Below are positions 29,142-38,718 of a stretch of 64,000 nucleotides of DNA, piece after piece. The notes below the pieces were generated by a model, which was not told where the DNA came from, made no database searches, and saw only the letters and a list, made by a program, of their open reading frames with translations. Made by a program: the position numbers and the translations under genes. How positions within the stretch are numbered: the first letter of the stretch is position 1; the number at the start of each line of letters is the position of its first letter. Origin of the DNA: Kiritimatiellia bacterium (GTDB taxonomy: Bacteria; Verrucomicrobiota; Kiritimatiellia; JAAZAB01); NCBI GenBank assembly GCA_040767085.1, contig JAXGPF010000010.1, positions 64,001 through 128,000 of the forward strand, read 5' to 3'.

Positions 29142-29179
29142 CTCCCGGCGGACGCCTGCAATCGCCTGATGGCGGAAGG

Positions 29180-30589
29180 ATGGGGATGAGAGCTTTGAAT
29201 TTATGTCTGGTCCCGGCGCTGGCCGCCGCGGCGGTTTTTGCCGATAACAACTGTTCAGAAGGAGCTGCCATGTTTCAAGCGGAAGATTTCAACAAGCTTA
29301 CCCTCCAGGCCTGCGATGCCGCCGACCGCGCGCCTTGCCCGCCGCCGTGCCTGGTTGATTGTTCGCCGCTGCTGGCCAAAAACAGCAACCTGCACCCTGC
29401 CAAAATTGCCATTGTTGAAAACAAACTGCAGATAGATTGTCCGGCCAACGGGTGTTACAAGCTCAAGCTTAAGGTGGCGGCTGTTTTTCAACCGGGCTGC
29501 AATTACCACTGGAGTTTTACCTGCTGGCAGCGGCCGCTGCTGGAGACGCAGCCGCACGCGGCAGTGGTCAGCTATAAAATCGATGATCGCTCCGACGCGC
29601 AGGGGCGGGCCAAGGGCTTCGCGGTGACAAAAAGCATCGTTCTGACGGGCGGCGGTTACCATACCTACACCTTCATCATCTCGGTTCCGGCCGGCGGGGC
29701 GGCCGGGGAAAGGGTGTTTGAATTTGAAATCAGCAATGAAAACTTGAAGGATACCGGGGGCGTGATCAAGATCAGCCGGGTGGAATTGAAACCGGAAAAT
29801 ATCGAGCAGCAGGTGTATGCATTGTGGCCGGATTCCTTGCCGCCCGGCCAGCGGGAACTCCTGCCCAACCAGGCCTATATTGACGGGAATGGCCGTTATT
29901 TCAGGGATATATCGCGGCCAACCATCATCGTTCACAAGCCCGCGGTAAAACCAGCGCAGCCGGTGGGCGTGATCTTGTGCTCCGGCGGGTCTTTCCATTT
30001 GCTGGAATCAATGGCGCCGGATGCGGCCTGGCTGAATTCCCTGGGGATTACGGCGTTTGAATTGCGCTACCGGGTGCCGTCCAAATCCAATGAGCCGCAA
30101 AAAGCCCTCCAGGACGCGCAACGCGCCCTGCGCCTGGTTCGGTCCAAGGCGGTGGAGTACAATATAACCAAACTCGGCATCATGGGCGCTTCCGCCGGCG
30201 CGCACCTGTCGCTCATGGCGGCCACTGGTTTTGAGCGTAACAGCTATGAACCAATGGATGAGATTGACCAGTTAATTTGCCGGCCGGATTTCGTGATCTC
30301 GATTGCGGCGCCTTACGCGCTCAAACCGGATGGCGCCATCAGTGATGACATTCGGATTGATGAACATACGCCGCCGGTTTTCTTCGCGCATGGCGACGCC
30401 GACAAACATTCCGCCGTCAACAGCGCCACCCTTTATATCGAGCTTAGAAAACGCGGCATCCCGGCGGAACTGCATGTCTGGTCCAAAGCCGGGCATGGCA
30501 TTGGCATCAACAGCGAGGTCGGCCGGGAATGGTCGCGTTTATGCGGGCAATGGCTGAAAACGCTGGGGATTATCAATGCCGGCGAATAA
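29180..30589 (+). CDS. Secreted alpha/beta-hydrolase esterase (carbohydrate esterase-like) with N-terminal CBM-like domain
   Basis: Signal peptide; ALQDAQRALRLVR, GIMGASAG, RPDF, PPVFFAHG..D, ELHVW..GHG. Confidence 0.78.
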   Translation: MGMRALNLCLVPALAAAAVFADNNCSEGAAMFQAEDFNKLTLQACDAADRAPCPPPCLVDCSPLLAKNSNLHPAKIAIVENKLQIDCPANGCYKLKLKVAAVFQPGCNYHWSFTCWQRPLLETQPHAAVVSYKIDDRSDAQGRAKGFAVTKSIVLTGGGYHTYTFIISVPAGGAAGERVFEFEISNENLKDTGGVIKISRVELKPENIEQQVYALWPDSLPPGQRELLPNQAYIDGNGRYFRDISRPTIIVHKPAVKPAQPVGVILCSGGSFHLLESMAPDAAWLNSLGITAFELRYRVPSKSNEPQKALQDAQRALRLVRSKAVEYNITKLGIMGASAGAHLSLMAATGFERNSYEPMDEIDQLICRPDFVISIAAPYALKPDGAISDDIRIDEHTPPVFFAHGDADKHSAVNSATLYIELRKRGIPAELHVWSKAGHGIGINSEVGREWSRLCGQWLKTLGIINAGE

Positions 30590-31122
30590 ACTTTCGGGAT
30601 TTATCAAACGAACGACAGGAGGGGTTATGCGGACAATCAGGCGGTTGTTGGCGGCGATGTTTGGGCTGGCCATGGCGTTTGCAGGGTATGCCGATCCCAT
30701 AGCCGGGGCGACGTATGCCCGGCTCTTCGATCGGGCGCAGGGGATGCTTCCCGGCCTGACCACATTGGAACAGGACTTGGTTGAAACCGGTGCCTGGGAG
30801 ATTGCCGGCGGCCGCCGGGCGGCGGCGGCCGGCGGGATTTCCCTGGAAGCCCAGTCCAACACAGTGGAACTTGTCTGGAAAGGCGCGTTCCCGCGCCCGT
30901 TGCCCGGCATGTCCTTGTCGTTCGACTTGCAGGCCGCCGCGCCTGCGCGGGTGGTGCTGTACGGCTTTAACGGGGATCGCTTTAACCGGGAGGGAGAATG
31001 GACGCCGTCCGCTAAAAAGCCGCCGGCATTCGACATGAAGGGCGAGGGGTTCGGTGGCATTAAACTGGTCATCGAGGGCGCGGGGCTGGCCGGCCAGACG
31101 ATCCGGATCGAGAATATTAAAT

Positions 31123-32656
31123 GGCTCCTAACCAGAATTTGTGGGTAAAAAACAGGTTTTAAAGTTTAAGAAGTTCTCCAAGCAATGGCGCCAAAAGATG
31201 GTGGAGTTATTAACAGCCTGCCGCTTTGGGCGTTTGGCGGCCCCGCAGCAGCCTGATTAATAACTCCTGATTGGCGCGATGGCGGAACGGAGATAAAGCG
31301 GCGGCAAAAAAATAGGCTGGCCTTTCCGTAATCCATTGCGTATGCAATGGGTGAACACAAAAAAAGGAGGACCAGCCCAAGGTGAAACTTAAAACAATTT
31401 TGAATCGTTTGCAACCTTTGAAACGTTTTATTTATCAGGAAACTTGTATGGTTTTGGATCGTCGCGGCCAATGGAAAGTGGATATAAGCATTCGTCCGCA
31501 TCGCCAACGCGCGGCATGCTGCTCGCGTTGCGGGCGACCGCTGGCGACATACGACACTCTGCCTGAACGGATATGGGCGTTTGTGCCCATTTTGAATGTG
31601 CCGGCTTTTTTGCATTATAGTCCGCGCCGGGTAAATTGCCCCGAACATGGCGTGGTGGTGGAAGCGCTGCCTTGGAGCGATGGCAAACGACCCTACAGCA
31701 AGGCGCTGATGCTTTTTTTGGGGAACTGGGCGCGGAGGTTGTCCTGGAAAGAGACGGCGCTGATTTTCAAAGTCAGTTGGCAGGCGGTTTATCGGTCGGT
31801 CGAGTGGATGGTGGAATGGGGCTTGGCGCACCGGGAATTGGCCAATATAACGGCGATTGGTGTTGATGAACTCCACGTAGGCAACGGTAAAAAGAGCAAG
31901 AACTATCTGACCTTGATCTATCAGATTGATGCGCAATGCCGCCGATTGCTCTGGGTCGGCCAAACCCGCCGGGCGGCCGCGCTGCGTAAAGGGTTGCAAT
32001 CTTTGGGAAAACCCGTGCTGGCCGGCATTCGACATATATGTAGCGATATGTGGCGACCTTATCTGAAAGTCATTGCTGCGAGCCTCAGCCACGGTTGCCA
32101 CATGATTGACCGCTTCCATGTCGTGCAAACCTTGAATGCCGCCGTGGACGAGGTCCGGCGCCGGGATATGGCGGCGATGACAGCGCGTCCGGCGGCCAAG
32201 CAAAAACTCAAGAAAATGCGCTGGACCTTGCTGCGCCGCAAAACCCGCGTGCGCGGCAAAGCTCGCGAAATGCTTGATCGGATATTGGGCACAAGACTGC
32301 AAACCGGCCGCGCCTATTTGTTCAAGGAAAGCTTTCAGCATTTTTGGAGCTATCACAGCCCAACCTGGGCGCGTAATTATCTCCAGGCATGGGTCAAGCG
32401 CGCCTGTCGTAGCCGCATTGCGCCAATCATTAAGGCGGCTAAAACCATTGCTAAACACGAGGAGCTGCTTTTGAACTGGATCAGAGCCAGAAACGAGGTT
32501 TTTACTGGCGCAACCGAGGGCTTGAACAATAAAGCTCGAGTGGTTACCAAACGATCTTATGGCTTCAGAACTTTTCATGGCGCGGAAATGGCGCTATATC
32601 ATACCCTTGGGCAATTGCCCGAACCGGTAATCACCCACAAATTCTGGTGAGGAAAC
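31123..32656 (+). mobile_element. ISL3-family insertion sequence (1534 bp)
   Basis: 24-bp terminal inverted repeats GGCTCCTAACCAGAATTTGTGGGT / GTTTCCTCACCAGAATTTGTGGGT (21/24); 8-bp AT-rich TSD TATTAAAT at 31115-31122 and 32657-32664. Confidence 0.95.
31382..32650 (+). CDS. ISL3-family transposase
   Basis: Zinc finger CSRC..RVNCPEHG, LPW, IGVDE, CSDMW, DRFHV, EGLNNK...KRSYGFR; GTG start after AAGGAGG. Confidence 0.95.
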   Translation: MKLKTILNRLQPLKRFIYQETCMVLDRRGQWKVDISIRPHRQRAACCSRCGRPLATYDTLPERIWAFVPILNVPAFLHYSPRRVNCPEHGVVVEALPWSDGKRPYSKALMLFLGNWARRLSWKETALIFKVSWQAVYRSVEWMVEWGLAHRELANITAIGVDELHVGNGKKSKNYLTLIYQIDAQCRRLLWVGQTRRAAALRKGLQSLGKPVLAGIRHICSDMWRPYLKVIAASLSHGCHMIDRFHVVQTLNAAVDEVRRRDMAAMTARPAAKQKLKKMRWTLLRRKTRVRGKAREMLDRILGTRLQTGRAYLFKESFQHFWSYHSPTWARNYLQAWVKRACRSRIAPIIKAAKTIAKHEELLLNWIRARNEVFTGATEGLNNKARVVTKRSYGFRTFHGAEMALYHTLGQLPEPVITHKFW

Positions 32657-33484
32657 TATTAAATTATCCGCCGGCATATACGAGGGTTTTTTCCGCCGGG
32701 AGGTGACGATCCCGGCGGGTGAAATCTGGGAAGCCGTGGCCGAAGTCGGCAATATGACCACGCTTTATGTCAACGGGCGGCGGGTGGATGACGCTTCCGT
32801 AATCCTGCCGCGTCCGGTCTATCGCGGCGGCGACATGTATCAATCCAAGCGGGTGCCGCTCAAGGAGCATTTGAAAACCGGCCGGAATGTGCTGGGTCTG
32901 TATGTGATGCGCGCCGGCACCGCCCCCGCGGCTTACCTGCGCGGCGCAGTGATCATGGGTTCCGGCGACCGCATCCTGCTGGATAGCGGCACGAATTGGG
33001 TTTGGAGTCGCGCGGCGCCGGAAAACTGGGCGGCCGGGGAAGATGACGCTGCCGGCTGGCTGCCCGTGATGCAGTCGGATAAACTTCCCAACTATTATGA
33101 CATAATAAAAAGCGGGGAGCGCAACGCCTTCGTGACGCCGGTCAGCGGTATTAGCCTGAATTACCGTTCGCCCGGGGATATGCCCTGTTATGACGGATTC
33201 ATCAAGCTGCGCCACCCCGCGGATGCTAAATTATTCTTCGATGCCAACCAGCCGATCCGCCTGGAGGCGGCTATCCCGCCGGGATTCCGGGACGGCCGGC
33301 CGGAACTGGCATGGGAAATCAGCCGGTATGCCGCGGACGGGACGTTTACCCCGGTCGCGGATGGACGGATTGAAAAATTCCGGCTCGCGGATGGTTCGCT
33401 GGTCGGCGAAGTCTCGGATGTCAGCCCGGCTGCCGGCGGGATTCCGACGGTCGCCGCCCGCGATGCGGGCGGATCGGAGCCAGA

Positions 33485-33508
33485 CCGCGCCCAAAGTGCG
33501 CGGCTACA
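33485..33508 (-). repeat. GTAG-type REP-like palindrome inside a coding sequence
   Basis: Minus strand TGTAG-CCGCGCAC-TTT-GGGCGCGG; same architecture as the units at 69-130. Confidence 0.5.
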
Positions 33509-34910
33509 GAACACGGCGGGGATAAGCCTTGCGCGCGGCATCTACGTTTTTACCAGCCGGTTACAGGTCAACGGGCAGACGATCGAGGAACGCGATCCGG
33601 AACCGCTGCTGGTGACCGGTAAAGTGCCAATGCCGGAGAGCGCTGGCGATGCGCTGGAACAGGGCATGGAGTTGGGGCTAGAAAAAATCGTGGATTTCAC
33701 CGATCCGCAAGACCCGCATCCCTGGTACGAGACGGATGTCAGGGGGCCGGTGCCCAGCGGCCTCGATTGGGGTTCGAACTATTATCATACGGTGGAACCG
33801 GCGCTGATTGTCGAACGCGGCGGGCTGAAATATCGCACCACGCGCAAGGTTTACGATCATCGTAAAACGGCGCAATTTTCCTACAAGGTGGATTTTGCGC
33901 ATCCCGGCGACTGGTATCTGATGGTTTTGGAGTATCCGGACGACGGCGAACGCTGGATCGGGGTCTCCTGCAATGCGGCATCGCACATGACCAAGCCGGG
34001 GCAGGCGGATGGCAGTTCCAAGTGCGGACCGATTGTCTGGACGGGCGGCAAGTATCCCAACACCGGCAAGATGTTGGAAATGAAATGGATTTACCGCCCC
34101 GACCCCGGGTCGCATGCGATCAACGTGATGTCGCTGATGAAAGACGCCGATGCCGCCGCGGCGCGCCTGCGCATCTATCATATCGCCGGCCGCTTGCCGG
34201 AACTTGCCGCGGGAACTCTGCCGGTTGACAAGCAGCGCCGGTTCGGCATGCTGACCGAACGCACCTGCCCGTACCAGAGCGGCATTTATAACCTGTTCAG
34301 TTCGTTCGCCAAGCTGCCCGGCGGCGCGCGGAGCAACATGGGCGCCGGCCAGGGCTCGCAAAATGCCGTCCATGAGGCTTGCGAGCGCCTGCGCGTAATG
34401 GAGGATGCCGCCAGCCATTACGCCGAATACATGCGCTTCGCCGGACAGAATCTGCATACCATGGGGTGCCACCAGTACAACGACCGGAATACGGCGCCCC
34501 AGTACCTGACCGGCGATTCGCGGCTGCATTATAATCCCTACGATGTGCTGGCGCGCGTCTTGCAGGCCAACGACCTGCTTTTTTACGCGTCGGTCGAGTT
34601 TTTAAACACGTTCCGCCGCAGCGAAGGCGCACAGGACCCGGCCTGGTACCTGGGCGGGCGGTCCGGCCGCGGCGGGCTCAACTTCATGCACCCGGAGATC
34701 GAGCAGGACATGCTCGCCATCGCCCGGCAACTGGCCGAGGAGTTCAAAGCGCAGCCCAATTTCCTGGGCATCAACTGGACGGCCTTCTTCGGGGGCGGCT
34801 GGCTTCCCAGCTACCGGGCATCCAGCGCCGATCCCCTGGCCTACGGGTACGATGACTTTACGATCAACTTGTTCGAGCAAGAGACCGGGATCAAGGCGCC
34901 GGGGAGCGGT

Positions 34911-34959
34911 GATCAGTCATCAGTGACCAGTGATCAGTCATCAGTGACCAGGGACCAGG
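34911..34959 (+). repeat. In-frame heptamer tandem array
   Basis: GATCAGT CATCAGT GACCAGT GATCAGT CATCAGT GACCAGG GACCAGG, encoding DQSSVTSDQSSVTRDQ. Confidence 0.75.
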
Positions 34960-37031
34960 GTGTTTACGAACAGCGCTACCAGTTTCTGACGTCGGACAAA
35001 ATGAAGCCGGCATGGCTGGCCTGGCGGGCGCAAAAGATGTACCAGTTTTTCGCGAAGGTGCAGGGGGAAATCCGGGCGGTGCGCCCGGACCTGGAAACCG
35101 TCGCGGCGTGTTACCTGATGGCCGACCATGTTGCGGAATGGAAGCATCAGCAAATTCCATTCCGTGATTACCTCAACGATTGGGGATGGGATCCCGAAAT
35201 ATACAAGGATCAACCGGGGCTCTGGCTGATGCCCTGGCTGCACGCCAATGCCCGGTACCGCCCGGCGGCCAGGACGATGGAATACGCCATGGGGTGGCAG
35301 GGCAATCACGATCCGGAATATTACCGGCCATTTGCCGGTTTTGACCGGCGCGCGCTGATGCTGACCATCAACTGGCACGAGGTGGAACGCATTGCGGCGA
35401 ACTTCCCGTACCAGCCGGGCTGGCCGCGGCCGTACCAGCAGACCATGATGGGCCAGCAGCGCGAGGAATTTGCGATGGAGCCCTACACCCAGGCACTGAT
35501 CGGCTTCGACCCGCAGATGGTGATGATGGGCTTTACGGATGTGTCGCCCTATATCGGGGTGGAAGGGATGCAGCGTAAATTCGCGCGGGTCCTGCGGCGC
35601 CTGCCGTGGGGCCGGTTCGAGCCGGTGCTGGGGACGGGATTCGACTCTAATCTTGCGATCCGGGGCCTGCCGGCGGAGGACGGGTATTATTTTTACGTGG
35701 CCAATCCGGGGTATTGGCCAATCAAGGGCACGGTGACGTTGGAGGGAGCGGCGCAGGTGGGGGGCCTGGTGTCGGGCAAGACGTTGCCGATGAAAAACGG
35801 CGCGATAGATGTGGAGCTTGAGCCCTTCGGCCTTGCCGCCTTCCGGGCATTGGCCGGCTCTTCCGCTGACCAACGATTACCGATCACTGGTCAAAGTCTG
35901 CTTCCAAAAATCACCGCTTGGACCACCGCGCCGGTGTCTGAAAAAGAGCTGGCGCATATCCGAAGCATTTTGGATCAGGCCAAGGCGGCGATCGCCAGGC
36001 CGGACGTGGCCGGTTTCCTGGGGAGCGCGGATTACGGGATGCTGACGGGAACGGTCGCAACGGCTGAACAGGCGCTGGACGAACAGCGTTATGCCCGGGC
36101 TTGGGACCTGGTGACCGACGCGTTTTTCTGGACCATCCTGTTCCAGAAGGTGCCGGAGATGCAGTTTGCCGATATCCTCAAGCCGCGCACAATGAACTCC
36201 GTGCGTTTAGGCAGCGGATTTGCTCCGAAAATTGACGGAGTCCTGAATGACCGTGTCTGGGAGGAGGCGCATGCCAAACCGGTGGATTATTTTGTCACCA
36301 AAGAGAAGACGTATTCACCTTTGAAAACGTTTGTCCGTCTGGCGCGTACGAAAGACCGCCTGTTTATCGCCTTCGAGTGCCATGATCCCGCGCCGGGTAA
36401 AATCCGGGGCACAGCCGGCCTGGACGATGAGAAGCGGATATGGGAAGCCGCCGATGATCTGGCGGCGATCTTCATTGCGCCGGACACGACGAATTACTAC
36501 CAATTCGCGGTCAGCGCCAGCGGGGCTAAGTTTGACCAGCGCTGCCGGACTGACGGTTGGCGGGATTATGATTACGCCCCGCAATGGCAGGCGGCGGTGC
36601 AAACTAACCGGGAGGGCTGGGTAGTGGAAATCGAAATTGACCTGGCGGATGCGTTCGCGCAGCGCATTGTCGCCGGCGCGGAATGGAAAATCAATTTCCA
36701 CCGCTGTTTCCGGCTTAATCAACAGCCATATTCCTCCTGGGTATATTCGCCCAACTGGCATTCCCTGGAACACATGGGGACCGTCCGTTTTGTGGAAATG
36801 AATCGGTAAACAATCAGGGGGCCGGGGGGGGGTAAAAACAGGTGTTTTTAAAGGTTCACCGAAAGTTCGCCTTTCGGTAAAGTTGATAAACGGGCAATGG
36901 AGGGCGAAGCTATGCTGAGCCATCCGTATCCATGGGATTCAGCATTGTTGCTCGACAAAATTATTTAAGTTGATCACATTTAAAAAAGTCAGGCCGCGGT
37001 TGTTCTTTCGGTCGGTTACAAGGGGGGTGTC

Positions 37032-38462
37032 ATGCACAAGTCGGCAATTCTATCGCTTTGTGTCGGATTGGCAGTAATATCCGCGGTCCGGGGCGCGACC
37101 TGGCACGTGGCCACGAACGGCGTGGATAACAGCGATCCCGGGCGCGGTTTGAGTTGGGATTTGCCCTTTGCCACGATCAGCAATGCCGCCGCGCGCGCCA
37201 ATACGAATGCCGGCAGCACAGTGCTCGTCTCCAACGGGATTTATTATGTCACCAACCACGTGAGTATCAGCAACGGGTGTGTCTGCCGGGGATTCAGCGG
37301 CGATCCCCGGAACGTCATTGTGGACGGCAGCGGCACGGCGCGCGTTTTTTTACTGACAAATGCCATGCTGGCGGCGGTGACGGTGACGAATGGCGCGCCA
37401 CCAGCCATCAGTTTTACCGGCCATGGCGGCGGCGTCTATTGCGTGGGCGACGCCTGGGTATCGAATTGCGTCATCAGCGGGAACCGCGGGCGTTTCGGCG
37501 GCGGAGTGTATCTCGGACCCAGCAGCGGCGTGTCGGATTGCCGCGTGGTCGGCAATACCGCCCCGGGGTCGGGGCGGGCCGGCGGCGTCTATATGGGGGC
37601 GGGCGGACAGCTTCTGCGCAGCCTCATCCATGCCAACTACTGCGAAGGCGAGGGCGGCGGTTTGTATCTGGGAGGGACGCCATTCATTTCCGGTTGCACC
37701 GTTTCAGAAAACGTTGCAACAAACCGTGACGGCGGTGGAATATATGACAAGTCGGCCACGGGTGTCATCGCCAATTGTCTGATTATCAGTAATGCGGCCG
37801 CCCCCCTGGTTGGCGTTATCGGCCATGGAGGCGGATGCTACTTGGGCGGCTATTCCGTGTATTCAAACTGCGTTTTTGCCGGCAACAGTGCGACGAATCT
37901 CAACAGTTACGGCGGCGGTGTATATCATACCGGATCCGCGATCTCGAATTGCTTGGTCAACTGCTTGTTTTACGAAAATCAGGCCTACCTTGGCGGAGGC
38001 GTTATGGTCTCTTCCGGGACATCCTCATGGTTTAACTGTACGTTTGTGAAAAATCAGACTGTCAGCTCGATCAATGCCGGCGCCGGCATATATTTTTACC
38101 CCCGCGAAAGCGTCAAAGGCCCGGTGGTCAATTGCATATTTTACGGCAACCTGGCTGCGAGTGGCTCGAATTATATCATCGGCGCCGGTACTGCGCCTTC
38201 TTTTATGAATTGCTGCGCCATGCCGGTTCTGGATGGCGGACTGAACGGCAATCTAGACGCGGACCCGGCCTTCCGTGAGCCGGCCGCGGACGATTACCGG
38301 CTCGCCGCCGCGTCGCCCTGTATCAACACGGGCACGAACCAGGATTGGATGGCGGCCGCCCCGGACCTGGAAGGGCGCCGGCGTCTGGATCGTTTTTCGC
38401 GGCGCGTGGATATGGGCGCTTATGAATATGTGCCGCGCGGCGCAATCATTTCATGCCGTTAA
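37032..38462 (+). CDS. Secreted right-handed parallel beta-helix protein with choice-of-anchor-Q-like C-terminus (copy 1)
   Basis: Signal peptide, WHVATNG.D..PFATI.A N-cap, repeated NC.I..N....GGG.Y rungs, DYRL...SPCINTG...DL.G..R...VDMGAYE. Confidence 0.85.
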   Translation: MHKSAILSLCVGLAVISAVRGATWHVATNGVDNSDPGRGLSWDLPFATISNAAARANTNAGSTVLVSNGIYYVTNHVSISNGCVCRGFSGDPRNVIVDGSGTARVFLLTNAMLAAVTVTNGAPPAISFTGHGGGVYCVGDAWVSNCVISGNRGRFGGGVYLGPSSGVSDCRVVGNTAPGSGRAGGVYMGAGGQLLRSLIHANYCEGEGGGLYLGGTPFISGCTVSENVATNRDGGGIYDKSATGVIANCLIISNAAAPLVGVIGHGGGCYLGGYSVYSNCVFAGNSATNLNSYGGGVYHTGSAISNCLVNCLFYENQAYLGGGVMVSSGTSSWFNCTFVKNQTVSSINAGAGIYFYPRESVKGPVVNCIFYGNLAASGSNYIIGAGTAPSFMNCCAMPVLDGGLNGNLDADPAFREPAADDYRLAAASPCINTGTNQDWMAAAPDLEGRRRLDRFSRRVDMGAYEYVPRGAIISCR

Positions 38463-38615
38463 ATCCGTTGTTCCTCCGGAACGGCCCGCAATATGCCGGC
38501 CCTCCCTGGCGCAATCCGGTTCCGCTTTTGAGCCGCCGTGGTCTAAACCGGTTTTACCGCGGAAGTGCGGCGGCAATCCCTGCGGCGATGACTTGCGCCC
38601 ATTGCGTATCGCTGC

Positions 38616-38644
38616 TCGACAAGGATGCTGCGTCTTGCTAGTAT
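38616..38644 (+). promoter_or_regulatory. Candidate sigma70 promoter in the repeated spacer (upstream of copy 2)
   Basis: TCGACA-N17-TAGTAT with an extended TG; identical copy at 40303-40331. Confidence 0.5.
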
Positions 38645-38718
38645 TCGAATAGGATTCGGCGGTTGCCCCAGGCGGCGCGGGAGGAGTTTTAATCGGATAA
38701 CCGGGGAAGGGGAGTTTT

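Larger units (their letters stand above)
30627..36809 (+). pseudogene. Large secreted carbohydrate-active protein (~1546 aa, C-terminal CBM9/DOMON-like domain) interrupted by ISL3
   Basis: Removing 31123-32664 joins ...ENIK-L-SAGIYEGFFRREVTIPAG... in frame; RBS AGGAGG and signal peptide at 30627; PKIDGVLNDRVW...LFIAFEC...YYQFAV...GWVVEIEI...WKINF C-terminal domain. Confidence 0.85.

Noticed and set aside
36830-36857. Similarity to the ISL3 sub-terminal sequence at 31143-31166 (GGGTAAAAA..CAGGT..TTTAAAG)
   Set aside because: Low-complexity A/T runs needing gaps; no terminal IR or TSD
38520-38530. TTCCGCTTTTG match between the spacer and the IS1202-like end repeat
   Set aside because: Only 11 bp with no TGT end or TSD; chance is plausible
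38500-38580. c-di-GMP-I riboswitch suggested by GGTCTAAACC
   Set aside because: The GGCAAA..GAAA..CGCAAA P2 elements are absent, and the segment lies upstream of the predicted promoter
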